Shown: piece after piece, positions 14,544 through 28,967 of the stretch
How the letters are laid out: each line of letters opens with the position of its first letter
Numbering within the stretch: position 1 is the stretch's first letter
Assembly (NCBI RefSeq): GCF_036321535.1
Contig: NC_087436.1
Span: 51,710,001 to 51,774,000 of the forward strand
DNA: 64,000 nucleotides
DNA from: Camelus dromedarius
Taxonomy: Eukaryota
Direction of reading: 5' to 3'
Position numbers and translations under genes: made by a program
The notes under the pieces: generated by a model
Told to the model about the DNA's origin: nothing
What the model saw: only the letters and a program-made list of their open reading frames with translations
Database searches by the model: none

Positions 14544-15059
14544 CTAAAATACAACAAAATCGTGGTAAATTCCCAGCTATAACTTTTAGCTTAACCTCTA
14601 GAGTGAGTTGCATGATTTTCATTCTGACCATCTGGAACTATGACTAGGCTTAAAATGGTTTTTAAGAAAAAATTTCAGACTAACTAAAATAGTATTTCTA
14701 AGACTCGTTTGTAATTTGCTTAGAAAACAAGTGTACTCAACCTAAAAGGAAAGAGATTATTTGAGCTGCCATTTAATCCCTAACGATTTCATTGTATTAT
14801 TTACTCTTTTTCACATCCAACTGGAGATAGTGTCTCTCCAGGGAGTTGCCTCTGCTGGCTGCGGGACTTAGGCAGCAGGATTCTAGGATTACTCGGCTGT
14901 GCCAGCATTATTAGAGAAATACAACATTGGTTCTGGTCTCCCATCTTGTATTCTAATCCTCTTCATTTCTTTTGGAGAGACTGTGGCATACTCTCAAAGA
15001 GTTACTTTCCTATAGGTGTAATTTTCAAATATCTAAATGATGATAGCCCAATTTCATAC

Positions 15060-15197
15060 CAGAAATCTCAGGTGAGGTGATAATAATATACATTATTAGA
15101 GAAACAAAAATAAATTATACTCATAAACATTCAAAGTTGTGAGGCCAAGGACCTCATCCATCAATTCTGAAGGATCCAAACATGGATTACACTGTAC
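15060..15197 (-). pseudogene. Pseudo-exon, RGS C-terminal helix
   Basis: 138 nt between AG and CTG|gtatga. Reads VQCNPCLDPSELMDEVLGLTTLNVYEYNLFLFL**CILLSPHLRFL; MDE...FL has the same spacing as RGS4 FDE...FL. Confidence 0.45.
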
Positions 15198-15780
15198 CTT
15201 AACATAACAGCATTAGAAACAAAATGATTGAACAAAACATTTCAGCAAACAATTCTAGGTTAATATAGGTACATGTGATATCTCCAGAGATCAGTTTATT
15301 TCATTTTCCAACACGTTCTTAAAGTCAACTGTTTTTAGAATTAATTTCAAAAGTCTGAATTTGTAGACCAAGATTAACTCGAAGAAGAGTTAACTACTAC
15401 CTTGACCTAAAACTTCCTGGAGAGATCAAAGGCAGGAGAGTGAATCCAAAACATAATAAACTCCCTGTAAGATGCAAAAGCAGAATTATGTCTCCTTATT
15501 TGTACTTGTCTATTGTAAATAAGCCAGGGTCAACATGGACAAATTATGGCCCAAGTCTGTTTTGCCTGACAGTGACAGTGATGCAAGCACGTTCAGATCT
15601 CGTTCCAGTGAGACACTTCCAGGAAGGACACAGTCCCTCCCTAAGAGAAGCACAGTTTCTTCAAGTTTGGAATATGAATGTAGTCCTTTCTACTACGAGG
15701 CTTTTGGAACAAGAGCATGTCACAAACCATTTTGGCATCCGAACCAAGAAACCAGCTTTCAAACAGCATTTCTTTCTTAC

Positions 15781-16045
15781 AGGTGTTGAAAGGTGCTACA
15801 CCCCAAGCAGTAAACAGCAGTGATTCATTATCATACTGGCGTAGAAAAACAGATGACCATGAACTGTGTGAATGGATTAGTCTATTACTGGGAGTTGTGG
15901 TAATGAATCATCATTTCCACTCAATACTCCTCCCTTCTTTTCACTTTGAGCTGCTTCCCTTCTTGAAGGAAGACATTATAAGGAAGAGGCTTTATAAGCC
16001 AGAACTGGGAAATGATGTGCTTCAGCTCTGACTCAGAAAGCTGGC
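15781..16045 (-). pseudogene. Pseudo-exon with an RGS 'FWL' motif
   Basis: Acceptor atttcctag and donor gtaaga. Reads QLSESELKHIISQFWLIKPLPYNVFLQEGKQLKVKRREEY*. Confidence 0.45.
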
Positions 16046-17651
16046 CTAGGAAATTCAACTACCCATACCAACAGTTCAAAATTGAGTTCAATATTTTCAT
16101 TAACTTTGAGTAATCTGTTTTTTCCCTAATTCATTTTTATATGAAATATAAAGAACTAAAATTTCCAAAATAAAACCAAAAGTCCTTCTCATAAAACATT
16201 CTCCTTAAAAAATACATTTGGATCCAAAGTTCAAAGATGTATTTTTTTGAATATCAAACTTTCCTTTCCTTCCAAAAACATGCACAAGAATTTATCTTAA
16301 TTAATTGGACTAGGCTGGGAGAATTTCTCCTGATCTATGATTTAAAAGATTGTTACAGCTAAGAAAAGAAAGGCTGAAAGCCAAGAGTCTAAGAGATCTT
16401 ATCAGAGACAGGGAGAACCTTATCTACCCAACAACTTTCCCAGAGCCACAGCACCTACCTATATTTGCATCCCTGAAATCCATAATTTACAGGTTTTTGG
16501 AAGAGCAGCTAGTAGCTCTGCCTTCAAGACCTACATCTCCACTCATGTTCTCATCCATAAGCAATGGTGCAAAGAAAGAAGGGATGGGTAGGAAAAATAC
16601 CCTCTGTGAAAAAGACAAAGTTTTGGTTTTGGCTTGTTTCATTTTAACAGAGAAGTTTATACAGAGACTAAATCTGGGAGAATGACAGCTGAGAAGCCAG
16701 CTGAGAGACATCAGGTAATTAGTGAGAACTACACTAGATAGAGAGTCAGAAGGGCTGTCTTCCCTCTGCCCCAGATAGCTGTGTGAACTTGGCAGGGCCT
16801 CTGAGAGTCCTACTCCTTCATTCAGATCTGAGATTGAGAGGAGTCAGACAAATGAGCTGGTTCCAGTGAATTTCCCTACTGCATGCAAATTTCAAGCTAA
16901 AGAAGACAAAGCTAAGGTAGGAACACGGCACCATCTCTCACTTATCTTCCAACGAGGAAAAAAGCCAGGAAATCTGTGCTGGGGAAACTGGTTCTAGAAT
17001 TTGGTCTTTTTAGTAGCATCACTGTGTCTCACCACCAGGTCTTTTATATTATACATCAGGGAAAGAAAAAAAAAATGGGAAAGCTGTGAAGTTGATTCAA
17101 ATGAAAGCATTTTCTCTGTTAAGTAGAAATACCCAAATAACAGACACATCATGTGGTTAATAAAAGTAAATTTTAATCCAGGATTATACATACAAATAGC
17201 AATCATGGTGAATTGGTAAAAGTTAGTGATTACCTTGAGAGATACCTAGTTTTTCCAGTTTGCTTAAAAGCTTGATAAATTGTAATATACTTTTAGCTGT
17301 AATGTTGAACAATATAGCCAATAGCCACTACCATAATAGCCAACATGCTCTGAGTCTTTACCATGTGCTTGAAGTGTTAAAAACACTGTTTAATTTATTC
17401 TTGAGAATAACTACATAGATATCAGATAGGCAATCATTGTTTTTATTTTACAAGTGTGGAACAAGATTCATAGAACAAAAGGAATTTGTCCAAGGTTGCA
17501 CAGTCGTTAAGCAGAGAGCTGGCACCTGAACTGAGCCACAGCCCCTCCTCTCAGAAACAATGCTCCATTGCTTCTCTGCTCGTGTTCAACTCTTCTCATT
17601 CAAGATGTAGTTCTATTTTTCAAGAAAAGGAAACAATCATGCCCATTTTAC

Positions 17652-17844
17652 AAAAAAAAAAAAAAACATTTCTAGGAGATAAGTCTGTTTCGTCAGCTAT
17701 TCAAGACTATCTCCTCCAGGCGAAGCAATCCAAATTAAACAGTAGAAGTTACTATTCGCAAGGGAATAGCCAGTTTTATAACAGCAAGCATGATCAACCT
17801 ATCAGATTTCTCCCTGGCAAGTTTTTCAAAATATTTCACCAAGC
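17652..17844 (-). pseudogene. Pseudo-exon, start of an RGS-like domain
   Basis: Acceptor aatttttcag. Reads LVKYFEKLAREKSDRLIMLAVIKLAIPLRIVTSTV*FGLLRLEEIVLNS*RNRL and ends in an expanded T-run before gtaaat. Confidence 0.45.
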
Positions 17845-20800
17845 CTGAAAAATTACTTTTCATAGATTTTCTGTATGATACTACAGTAAAAATGACAGCG
17901 TTCTGAAAAGTTAAAGAAAATGTTCAAATGTTATTTTTATTTTTATTAATTCCTGTGTGCAGTTTACATTTAGGGCTCAGAAAAATGTTGTGTTTAGTCT
18001 ACACACCTCTTTTAAGAAACTACTCCCATGCAGACCTAGATTCATCCCAAATCTCATTGGTGGACCATTAGTTCATACCCCTCTTTTGACAATTCTCTTG
18101 GAAAATAATTTCTCTCTCTTGCATACCTGTCCCACCTTATTAAGGACCAATTCCAGCCATTAAAACAGTCCTCTGCACTTAGTCATGCTGCTAGCCACAT
18201 GAACGACACTAGCAGATTAAAACAAAGTAAACTTCTAAAGAACGTAGGATTTAAAATTCTTTTGATCCTCAGATTTGGTGTGCTCAGCATTGTGGTCTAC
18301 GCAAATTTCCTATTAGCTGAGGAAATGAAGCTATTTGAGCATCCTACGTTTTCATTCCTTGAGGTTAAAACTAGAAATGGAATTGCAATATCTCTGTAGG
18401 TACTATTAGGTTAAAGTAAACAAATGCCACTGAATGAAAACCAAGTCAATACCTTAAGCAAAACAATGAAAGTAGAACAGGACTTGAATTCACAATGTAT
18501 TAATTTTAAAGAGAAAGTAAGGTACAATGGAAAGAACATCAGTTTTGGAACAAGTCTGGTTTGAGCTGAAAAAATCCTAACTTGAAAACCTGCCAACCCG
18601 TAATCTTAATGAAGTTACTTTACCTTTTTCCAAAAGCCTTAGCTTCCACATCTGTAAAATGGGATCCATTCTATTTAACTTGCGGAATTTTTATAGGAAT
18701 TAAAGACTTTTAATGTAAAACAATAGCTAATTAAGTCACTTAACATCATTTCCTTTCTTTTCTTGTCCCTATTCAAAACAAATACGGTTAATGTCGAAAG
18801 ACATAAGCTGTCATGAACCTAATTTGCAAATTCTAAAATGCTGGCAATGATAGCAGCATTAAGATTGCCCTTGGCTGGAGTTTCAGCTGCTATTACGTGA
18901 GATGCATGATTAGGTATAAAGTCCTTTCCCTTGGGAGAAACAATGATGGCTGGGACGTTGTCATAATCCTAGGCTTCTCTCTCAGTGGTAGCTTTTTAAA
19001 TTTTTCTCATTTTCAATATACGGGAGTCTTTGATAACTAGCCACCTGTTATTTCTCTTCCACGTGACAGCTGAATATTTCCAAGAGGAAATTAAAATTTC
19101 CATGACCAAGAAAAAGTTTTTTAAAATGTGGTTTAAATGTGTGGGCAAGTAGGCTACCTAACATGGACATCCAGAACACGACAGACCTGCCCACCCAGTA
19201 CCTGGGCATTGGTGCTACTGACCTCACATGCAGGGCCACCCACAGAACGCACGCACAGTGTGGATGAGGGGAGGGAGATGCCTGATCCTCACACGTGGCT
19301 CACATCCCAGTGAGAGGAGATGGGGGAGATACACATACACAATTCTTGCTAGCAAACTCATCCATCAAAGTAAGGCATTAAATCATCCTCTATGCATGCA
19401 AGGGAGTGAAAGGCGGCCAGGAGAATCCCACAGTTAAAGACGCCTTCACGTGAAAGGAGATCATCAAGAGTGGGAAAGCACTCTCTCACCCACACTGACA
19501 AATGCACTAATCCCTGGTTGGGACACACATTTTAGGTCATGAACACAGACAAGTTACCAAAAAAAAAAAAAAATTACCTATTCAACTCCAAAATTTGCAA
19601 ACTCTCTGAAACAGAAATTTGCTCATCATAGTAGCTGATTGACATGGGGTTAGAATTAATCATAACAATAATAGCCACCCTGACAATCACAACCACCAGA
19701 GTGAGCCAGGCACCGACCTGTATCCTCTAACTGCATTATTCAGTAAAATATCTCAGAGCAGGTATTATTTTTCTCATGTAATCTCCCATAGAGTTTAAAT
19801 AATTCACATAAAATCACACAACTTTTTAGTATATAGTAGAGCCAGAATTTAAGCACAATCTGTCAAAACAAAACCTGTGTTCTAAATGTCATGCATATAT
19901 ACAAGCTTCTGTTGTAACCGTACAGATTTCTGTATCGCTGTTCTGCTTCTCCACGGTTGGATACAAAATCAGGTCACAAGTGTACTGATGTTCAGTCTAT
20001 GACAACTCAGCTCTATATGTCCAAACTGGTAGGAAGAATAATTTTTTGTTGAGTTTTCTTCTCCAAGGGTTCATAAAGATCCCCCCAACCCCACCAATTC
20101 ATCATTTGAACAGATTCTTCTAGGACCCACCTGGTGGCACTAAGTTAGGCGTGCCCATTGTGACCGATCTCTGTCAGATCTGACATATAAGCAGCACCCC
20201 CTGCTGGCTAACCTCAGTTTCTCACAATGGACCTCTAATACTTGCAAAGAGTACAGCGGGTGTCATTCATTTCTAAACTAAGGACAGTCCAGCAATTTGA
20301 TGCGAGGCCCTTTCACTGCAATTGCTAGCCTTGCAGTGTTCTCTCAGGTGCTAAGGAGAATACACCTGTCTTCAATTTTATGCTCAGCAACAAGTGTCCC
20401 ATAGGTCTAGTCCCAGTGTTACAGGTCTTTACAACTTGGGTTTTTACTTACTTACCTATATGATTCCTTGTTAGGACATAAGGTTGCCAGCAGGACATCT
20501 GGGTCAAAGCAAGTTCCAGTGTAAACCACCTAAGAGATCCTCATTCTTCCAACTTTCAGTTCAGGCACCAGCCCATTGTTTGTCTTTCTCTCTTGTTTCT
20601 TTCTTTACCATGGAATCTTGTTAAAAGATTCCTGACCTATCCAAAACATTTTGATAACCTTTCACTTTACAGCAAAGTCCTTCAGGTCTTGGCCCCTTCC
20701 TGCCCAAAAGACCTCTGTGCTCATAAAACAAAGCTTTGTAGTTTTCTACCAAGAACTACCAGCTCCCCATAGCAATGAGTAGGAAGAAAGGGCATCTTGT

Positions 20801-22888
20801 CACCTCTCCATGCCGATTTACTAAATATGTCCAGATACACTTTTGCCATAGAAAACTCTTTTCTTTCATCTCCCAAATATTGCCTCACTCCAAAGTGAGT
20901 GCACATCCTGTTGTATCTAAATATAATCTACATAATTTTTTCTCTGATAACATATACATATAACAATACCATAGAAATTGGTATTGATCCTCTTATCCTT
21001 CCATCCAGTTTGAAAAACATCTTTTCTCTAAAATTAATTCTACTATCCAGGTCCTACTCTTTCCTTACTGCTGAGGGAACTCACTTCTTTCTCTAATTTA
21101 ATGCACTCCTTCAACCATCTTTTCCTTGTTTGTATTTTTAGCATGCACTTGCATTTAACATCATCTCCCATATGCACACCATGCCATGCCCTAACTAGTA
21201 TTATCTCTCTGTAAGGTTTCTTGAATACATTGTCCATATCTCTTTATATTGCTGTTTTTCCTCACCCTTACATTTCTTCTTAGCTCATCTGCAATCTACT
21301 TTCCCTAAGTGAAACTTCTAAGGCCAAGAATGGCTTTCTTCTCACAAAATCTAATAATCTTTCTCCAGGACCTTTTCTTCTGTTCTTCCTTATGCTGAAC
21401 TAATGTCTGTTCTTGATTCCCTATCTTTTCTTGAGGCCTCAAACCCTGCCATTTGCTCTTATTTTTCTGTGCTATTTCCATGAGCAACGTCATCCACTTC
21501 CACAGGTTGAATGATTCCTGATTCTCAGATCTCTATGGTAACCTCTGATATCTTTGTCAACTTTGAGCCTGTTCCCCCAGCATCCACCCTACAATTTGAA
21601 TTCTCTAAACTATGAACTTGCTATGTCTCAACTGGGTCCACAGTTCTGTCCCCATTCCACCTCCACAGACCAAACTCTTCATGTCAGAGATGAACATAAA
21701 AAATCCTGGATTTATCTTTGATTTTTATCTTCTTTTCATTTCTTATATACAATCAGTCATCAAATTCTGTAAACATATCCATCAAAAGGTCTAAGATGCG
21801 TCCTCTTATTTTAATCATAACTCTCCTAGTGTCTTGTCTGAGTTATTGCCATGGCTTCTCAACTGGCCAATTTAATTTCAGTCTCTCTTTCTTCTACGTC
21901 CTGAACACTGTGTTCAATTTAGCTTTCTAATATATGACAGTTCTATTTTCAACACTTCTAAAATCAAATCAAATTTCTCATTCTGGCTTTTTAGTTTATG
22001 AAAAAGTCATTTCACTTACTTCTCCAAACTTCCATTGCTTTGAAACATAAAATTCTCTCCAGTTATGTTTTTTCCCCACTTCCCCCAATTTTTGCTTAAT
22101 ATTCCCCTCCTCCCACTGTGATACACAAACATTCCTGCTTCAAACCATTTTCACCTCTGTTGCTTCCCTCTCCCTAATTTATTTCACAGTTCTTAGCCAT
22201 ATGATATACTTTGTAGCCATACCAGAGATGGTCATTCCCTGGAAAAAACAAAACAAAACAAAACTATTTCTTCTCAATTTAAAATATTTAGATAAATGTC
22301 CATTTAATTCACTCTTCCCTATCTAAAATTATATTTTAGTTATTCAGGTGAAATTATGAAAATTACTTCATTTAGGCATCATTTGTATTCATTCATCTCT
22401 CTTTCACTTACTTATGCCAAAGCATTCTGATTAACTATAATGTAACGGCAGTCACTGGGAAGAGGAAAAGCAAAGCATGAAATGAGACAGTGTAAGTAAC
22501 TACCTTGAATCACAAACCTCAGAATCAGCAGGGCTACATCTGAATACATAGGATGTAGAATTTTAGAGACTGAAGGGAAGGCAATTCAGCAGGAATGTCT
22601 TGAGTATGTACTATGTGCAGGAGCCTAATGTAATGTAATGAGACAGAGCCCTTGACTTCGCGGAGTACGTAGTTAAATGAGTGAATTTATTGCTTTTGTA
22701 ATGACACATCATCAGTATTTTTAAAATTATCTAAAACTTGAAATAAGTCAAGTAGATGGTGGCATACCATCTTTTACTGTCCTACTGGAACACTTTTTTT
22801 AAAGGCCCAACCAAAGACTATTTAGTTATCTGGGTTAATGTATCTTTGTTTAACTTGCTATTTATATGCGGACAAAAATTCAGTTATC

Positions 22889-23382
22889 GTGAAGTGTAAA
22901 ACAAAGAATGTTGCTGACATCCAGTTCTACAAGAATTCAGTCATTAGTCACTACAGTCACTGACCTACAGTCCACCCAGAAAGAATTCAGGGCAGAGATC
23001 AAGATGAGACACTCTGTGCTCTGGGCAAACAACAAGCCCTTAGGGCAAACAACAAGCCCTTAGGGTAAACAACAGGCCCTTAGATAGGGATATTTCAAAA
23101 AAAATTTTTTTATGAACCCAGATTCTTGCATCCTACCATACTTAGAAAAAAATCATTAACTAAAGTCATTAACTGAGATATCTGTTCCTCTGATTAGCAA
23201 TAACCTAGTGCTGGATGGCATGTACTCCTTAACCAAAGTCATGTATATACTGCCTCCCCACCCCCGTCTCCAGAGCAGCTCCTCAGAGCTATCTGAGAGG
23301 CTGTCTCCTGCGCTATAGTTCCCAGTAAGACACTGAATGAAACTCAGTTCTCAGCTCTTACATTGTGTTCTCTCAGATGACA
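22889..23382 (+). mobile_element. ERV1-type solo LTR with an internal 20-bp tandem repeat
   Basis: LTR-like motifs (cagagcagctcctcagagctatctgagaggctgtctcc, tgaatgaaactcagttctcagctc). GGGCAAACAACAAGCCCTTA occurs three times at 23023-23082. Confidence 0.6.
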
Positions 23383-24772
23383 GAAGTTACATGATTTCTG
23401 TTTAGTAGGAAAGATAACTGCAAAGGTTAGTGTTACTGTCCTGTAGGACAATAGCAATTTTTTACAGTTAACCTTGCTATCTTCTTTTAATTTAATCATA
23501 TTTAAATGCTCTTGCAATGAGTTATTTCAATGAACAAATACATGTTCATTCTCTATCTGCATGACAATGAGAACTGAAACCATTTTAGACATTTAAACCA
23601 AATTTTCAGTCCTTTTGTTGAATACTTAAAAGGATGAGGCATACTTTTCTGTCCCTATATTAAACAACACTGGAACCAAGTTTAAAAAAAAAAGTTACCT
23701 GCCTGCTCAATGAAATGTATTTGCTCTTAAAAGATAAGACTGTAAGCCAACGAAAAGAGCATATGTATTAGGACTAAGAGTTTGCTGGTCAAGATTTGTT
23801 TCAAAACCCTTGCTTTGCTATCCTCACCAATCCAAAATTATTACATGTAAACTCTGCCCCATCCCTAAAAATCACCCTACTCAAAATCTAAAATCCTAAA
23901 AATATTCTTAATTTCCCCTATTTTAAGAACCCTGTGTTGAATTCTCTAAAGTATCACCAAGCAATGAATTAATAAAGCTTAAGTTATTAGAACTCACTAC
24001 AGTAAAGCAGAATACCATGTGACCTCCTCTCAAAAGGGAGGAGCTGAGGAGATTTATAATTTATAGAATTATGGCTTCTGAGTTCAACTGGTTTAAGATG
24101 GACCATTCAAATTTTTCTAGGGAGAAGGAAATACTGAGAATGGACATGGTTCATTATAGTTTGAGGTTGGTAGATGCAGTGAGATGAAGGTTTTGAAGTA
24201 AGTCTTCATAAGTAAATTGCTATTTGGTAAGTGAGCTGTTTACCCAGATAAGCAGATTGTTATCTCAGGAAAACTGATTTATGTGAATTTCCTGAAGCAA
24301 ACAGTGAAAATATTTATTGGTTTGCAATCTTATCTTTCTGGAGCAAATATTTATTGGGACAAAGTCAGGTTGGCACAGGTTATCCCAGTTCTTAGTGCTA
24401 AAAACTATGCCTTGTTGGAATAGATGGTCTCCTTTCTCACTAAGACCCAGTCAAGCTGGTATTCTCCCTGACTGCAATAGATCTTTGCTAGCTCAATACA
24501 TTATTCTTTGGATCTTGGAGTAATTAACAGTCAACAAGAGTTATACTTTTAACTTATAGAAGAATGTACTTTGACAACTAGGTTAAGTTTAAATAGTTTA
24601 AGCTTAAATAAGTGATCAACAATTGCTGAAAGAAAAGACATCTTATGAGATAAAGTATCATAACAATATCCTATTAAAATGGAGAAGCTAAACAGTTTTT
24701 AATTTAGTTATCTAAAAATGTCATAATTGAAATACTTTTATCATTTTGATGGCAAAGTTTAGCTCCTTCATA

Positions 24773-24988
24773 CAGTTGACCCCTGAACAAGCCAGGTTTG
24801 AACTGCGCAGGTCCAGTTACATGTGAATTTTTTTCAATAAACACATACCGCAGCACTGCACATTCCACAGTTGGTTGAATCCACAGATGTAGAACTGAAG
24901 ATACAGAGGGTTGACTATAAAGTTATACTCAGATTTTAGACTGTGAGGGTTGGTACCCCTAACCACTGCATTGTTCAAGGATCAACTG
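24773..24988 (+). mobile_element. MER8-like TcMar-Tigger DNA transposon (MITE)
   Basis: Terminal inverted repeats cagttgacccctgaacaa and ttgttcaaggatcaactg, with a TA target site on the left. Confidence 0.8.
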
Positions 24989-25107
24989 TGTGTACACACA
25001 CACACACACACATATATAATTATAGTAATGTATATAGTATATGCCAGCAGCCAACAAGAACATCCATGGAATTCCATGAATATGTCATGAAAAAAGACTT
25101 CCAAGGT

Positions 25108-25728
25108 TGTGATGGTTAATTTTATGTGTCACCTTTGACTGGGCTGAGAGATGCCAGATAGCTGGTAATGCATTATTTCTAGGAATGTCTGTGAGGGTGT
25201 TTTAGAAAGAGATCAGCATTTGAATCAGTAGACTGAGTAAATAAGATCTCCAATCACCAATGCAGGTGAGCATCATCTAATCCAATGAGAGGTCAAGTAG
25301 GACAAAATGGTACAGCAAGAGCAGATTTGCTCTCTAGTTGAGCTGGAACATCCACCTTCTCCTGTCTTTAGACACTGGTACTCCTGGTTCTCAGGTCTTC
25401 AGATTAAGACAATTATTTATCCCTTCCCAGCCCCCGTCCCCCTGGTAACCATATACCATAGGTCCTCTGGTTTGTGGGCCCTGGGATACTGCACAGTTAT
25501 TTTTAATGATTCCCCTGTTGACTCCCCTGGTTCTCGGGCCTTTGGGTTTGGACTGGAACTACATCATCAGCTTTCCTTGGCTTCCAACTTGCACACAGCA
25601 GATTGTGGGACTCCCCAGTCTCCATATTCATGTGCGCCGATCTCTTATAATAAACTGACTGATAGACAGACAGGTAGATAGATAGATACCTCCAATCAAT
25701 TCTATTTCTCTGGAGAACTCTAATACAA
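25108..25728 (+). mobile_element. ERVL LTR (MLT2-like)
   Basis: Starts tgtgatggttaattttatgtgtcacctttgactgggc and ends ttctctggagaactctaataca, typical MLT2 termini. Confidence 0.8.
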
Positions 25729-26503
25729 TTGTCAAACAAATCTGATAAATGATCATTCTGTTGTAGACCCAGAGTTCACATTAACACATAAATAGAACTG
25801 AGAAGCTTTATATTAAAGGACAAGTTTAAATTTTGCACAGTATTTGCAAAATTGATTTCACCACAGAGCTATTTATTTGTATAACCCTTAACAGTCTATA
25901 GGACTGGGCTCAATATAACATTTAGGGGAAAACAGTGGTGATCTTGAACTTGTTATTTCTGCTACAATGTGAGCTCGGAGGCATAGATATAAAGTTTCTA
26001 TTACAAGCCATACACATAATACCTACTTAAATACTTGATGACAGTTATCATTGTTTTAATAAATAATTGTCTCAGAACTAAGGATATGCTCTAAAATCTT
26101 TACCACCACCATAAAGCCAAGTGTTCTATTTTTAATAATTTTCATCACTATTGGTTTACTTCTGCTCACTTTTTTAATATAAAGTTCTACCTACTTTTAT
26201 ATTTATAAGATTCAAAGGAAAATATTTCAGGGCCAATCATTTTTGAAAGTAAATAGTTTATTTGAAATAGTTATTAAATGGCCTGTTTTTATGACTTGCT
26301 ATTGAATCCTATCTTGCTAATGCTTCAGAACTAAAAACCACACAATGTTTCAAAAAATAAAACTTGGGGCATTTAATTACAAATTGGTGTCATGAAAATA
26401 ATCAAGATGTCTTCTAGTTTTTGGTAATCAACACAACACAGGTATTTCTAACAAATCCCAATAATTTTAAAATAAAACTGGAATTGCAGCTCTCATTTGT
26501 TAT

Positions 26504-28497
26504 TCCATAGAACACTACTAGAGCTGATCGAAGAATTCAGCAAGGTAGCAGGTTACAAGATTAACGTTCAAAAATCAGTTGCATTTCTTTACACTAACGA
26601 TCAATCAAGAGAAAAAGAAAATAAAGAAACAATCCCCTTTAAAATAGCACCCAAAGTAATACAATACCTAGGAATAAATCTAACCAAGGAGGTGAAAGAA
26701 TTACTCACAGAAAACTATAAACCATTGATGAAGGAAATTAAAGATTTTAAAAAATGGAAAGATATCCCATGCTCTTGGATAGGAAGAATCAATATTGTTA
26801 AAATGGTCACATTGCCCAAGGCAATCTACAGATTTAATGCAATCCCTATCAAATGACCAAGGACATATTTCACAGAAATAGAACAAATCATAACAGAATT
26901 TATATGGAACCATCAAAGACCTAGAATTGCCAAAGCATTACTGAAGAGAAAGAAAGAGGCTGGAGAAATAACTCTCCCAGACTTCAGACAATACTACAGA
27001 GCTACAGTCATCAAGACATCATGGTATTGGTACAAAAACAGACATATGGACCAATGCAACAGAACAGAGAGCCCAGAAATGAACCCACAAACTTTTGGTC
27101 AACTAATCTTTGACAAAGGAGGCCAGAATATACAATGGAATAAAGACAGTCTCTTCAGCAAATAGTGTTGGGAAAACTGGACAGCAGCATGTAAAGCAAT
27201 GAAGGTAGAACACTCCCTTACACCATATATAAAAATCAACTCAAAATGGATCAAAGACTTAAACATAAGGCAAGATACAATAAACTTCCTAGAAGAAAAC
27301 ATAGGTAAAACATTATCTGACATACATCTCAAAAATGTTCTCCTAGAACAGTCTACCCAAGCAACAGAAATAATAGCAGGAATAAATAAATGGGACCTAA
27401 TGAAACTTACAGGCTTCTGCACAGCAAAGGAACCCATAAGCAAAACAAAATGACAACCTACAGAATGGGAGAAAATTTTTGCAAATGAAGCTGACAAAGG
27501 CTTTATCTCCAGAATATACAAGAAGCTCATATGACTTAATAGGAAGAAAAAAAAAAAAAAACCCAATCGAAAAATGGGCAAAAGACCTAAACAAGCAATT
27601 CTCCAAGGAAGACATACAAACAATCAACAGGTACATGAAAAAATGCTCAATATCACTAATTATCAGAAAAATGCAAATCAAAACTACAATGTCACCTCAC
27701 ACCAGTCAGAATGGCCTTCATTCAGAAGTCCACAAATGACAAATGCTGGAGAGGCTGTGGAGAAAGGGGAACCCTCCTACACTGCTGGTGGGAATGTAGT
27801 TTGGTTCAGCCACTGTGGAAAACAGTATGGAGATTCCTCAAAAGACTAGGAACAGACTTACCATATGACCCAGGAATCCCGCTCCTGGGCATATATCCAG
27901 AAGGAACCCTACTTCAAAATGACACCTGCACCCCAATGTTCATAGCAGCACTATTTACAATAGCCAAGACATGGAAACAGCCTAAATGTCCATCAACAGA
28001 TGACTGGATAAAGAAGGTATGGTATATTTATACAATGAATACTATTTAGCCATAAAAACCGACAACATAACACCATTTGCAGCAACATGGATGCACCTGG
28101 AGAATGTTATTCTAAGTGAAGTAAGCCAGAAAGAGAAAGAAAAATATCATATGGGCTCTCTCATATGTGGAATCTAAAATTACAAACAAACAAACAAACA
28201 AACAAAACATAAATACAAAACAGAAATAGATTCATAGACATAGAGTACAAACTTGTGTTGCCAAGGGGGTGGGGGGTGGGAAGGGATAGACTGGGATTTC
28301 AAAATGTAGAATAGATAAACAAGATTATACTGTATAGCGCAGGGAAATATATACAAGATCTTATGGCAGCTCATAGAGAAAAAATGTGACAGTGAATATG
28401 TATATGTTCATGTGTAACTGAAAAATTATGCTCTACACTGGAATTTGACACAACATTGTAAAATTATTATAAATCAATAAAAAAAGTTAAAAAAAAT
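26504..28497 (+). mobile_element. 5'-truncated LINE-1 (3' ORF2, 3'UTR and A-tail), young lineage-specific subfamily
   Basis: ORF2 peptides [38 protein letters not shown] and [18 protein letters not shown]; aataaa and A-tail near 28476-28497. Confidence 0.95.
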
Positions 28498-28739
28498 ACC
28501 ACACATGAGATACTTTGAATTAACCACAGGAAAGCACAATGAGTTTTGTTTATTGAAATAACTTCATAAGGATAATGACAAGTAGGCTTTCCGGGCATTT
28601 TGAATTTGAGAACTATTTTTTATAGAATTATGTCTCTTTCTGTCTTTTGAGAGAGGTTTAAGATTCTAACGCTCTACAAGTACCATGAATTATATTCTAG
28701 TAGAAAAGGGTGAAAATAATCAACAGCAGGTGCTAAAAC

Positions 28740-28967
28740 CTTAGCAAAGACTGGAGGTCATTCCGTAGGCCTCGACAGCACCACCATCAGCACCAAAGTC
28801 AGATTTGCAGATGAGGTTGCCAATGTCTTTGCAAAAGCCTCTTTGTAAATGCCAGTGACGTGGCTACCAGTGTCACAAAAGGACCTGTGGCTTATCTTTC
28901 CAAGAAAGCAGTAGTGACAACACAAACAGCAAAGGAAGCTAGCTTACTTCCAGAGCTCTTTAGGAAA
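28740..28967 (-). pseudogene. Candidate pseudo-exon
   Basis: Strong acceptor ttttctctctttttctatgtag. Reads FLKSSGSKLASFAVCVVTTAFLER*ATGPFVTLVATSLAFTKRLLQRHWQPHLQI*; the reading frame is ambiguous. Confidence 0.4.

Noticed and set aside
18818..19069. Exon-like segment after acceptor aaatattcag
   Set aside because: The frame is ambiguous and the donor weak; it may belong to the fossil gene but cannot be supported by eye.
23023..23082. Short direct repeats resembling a CRISPR array
   Set aside because: There are no spacers, the repeats lie inside a mammalian LTR, and no cas genes are present.
27099..27681. Long antisense ORFs (174 aa here, also 140 aa at 54845-55267)
   Set aside because: They are antisense frames of L1 ORF2, common in L1 copies.
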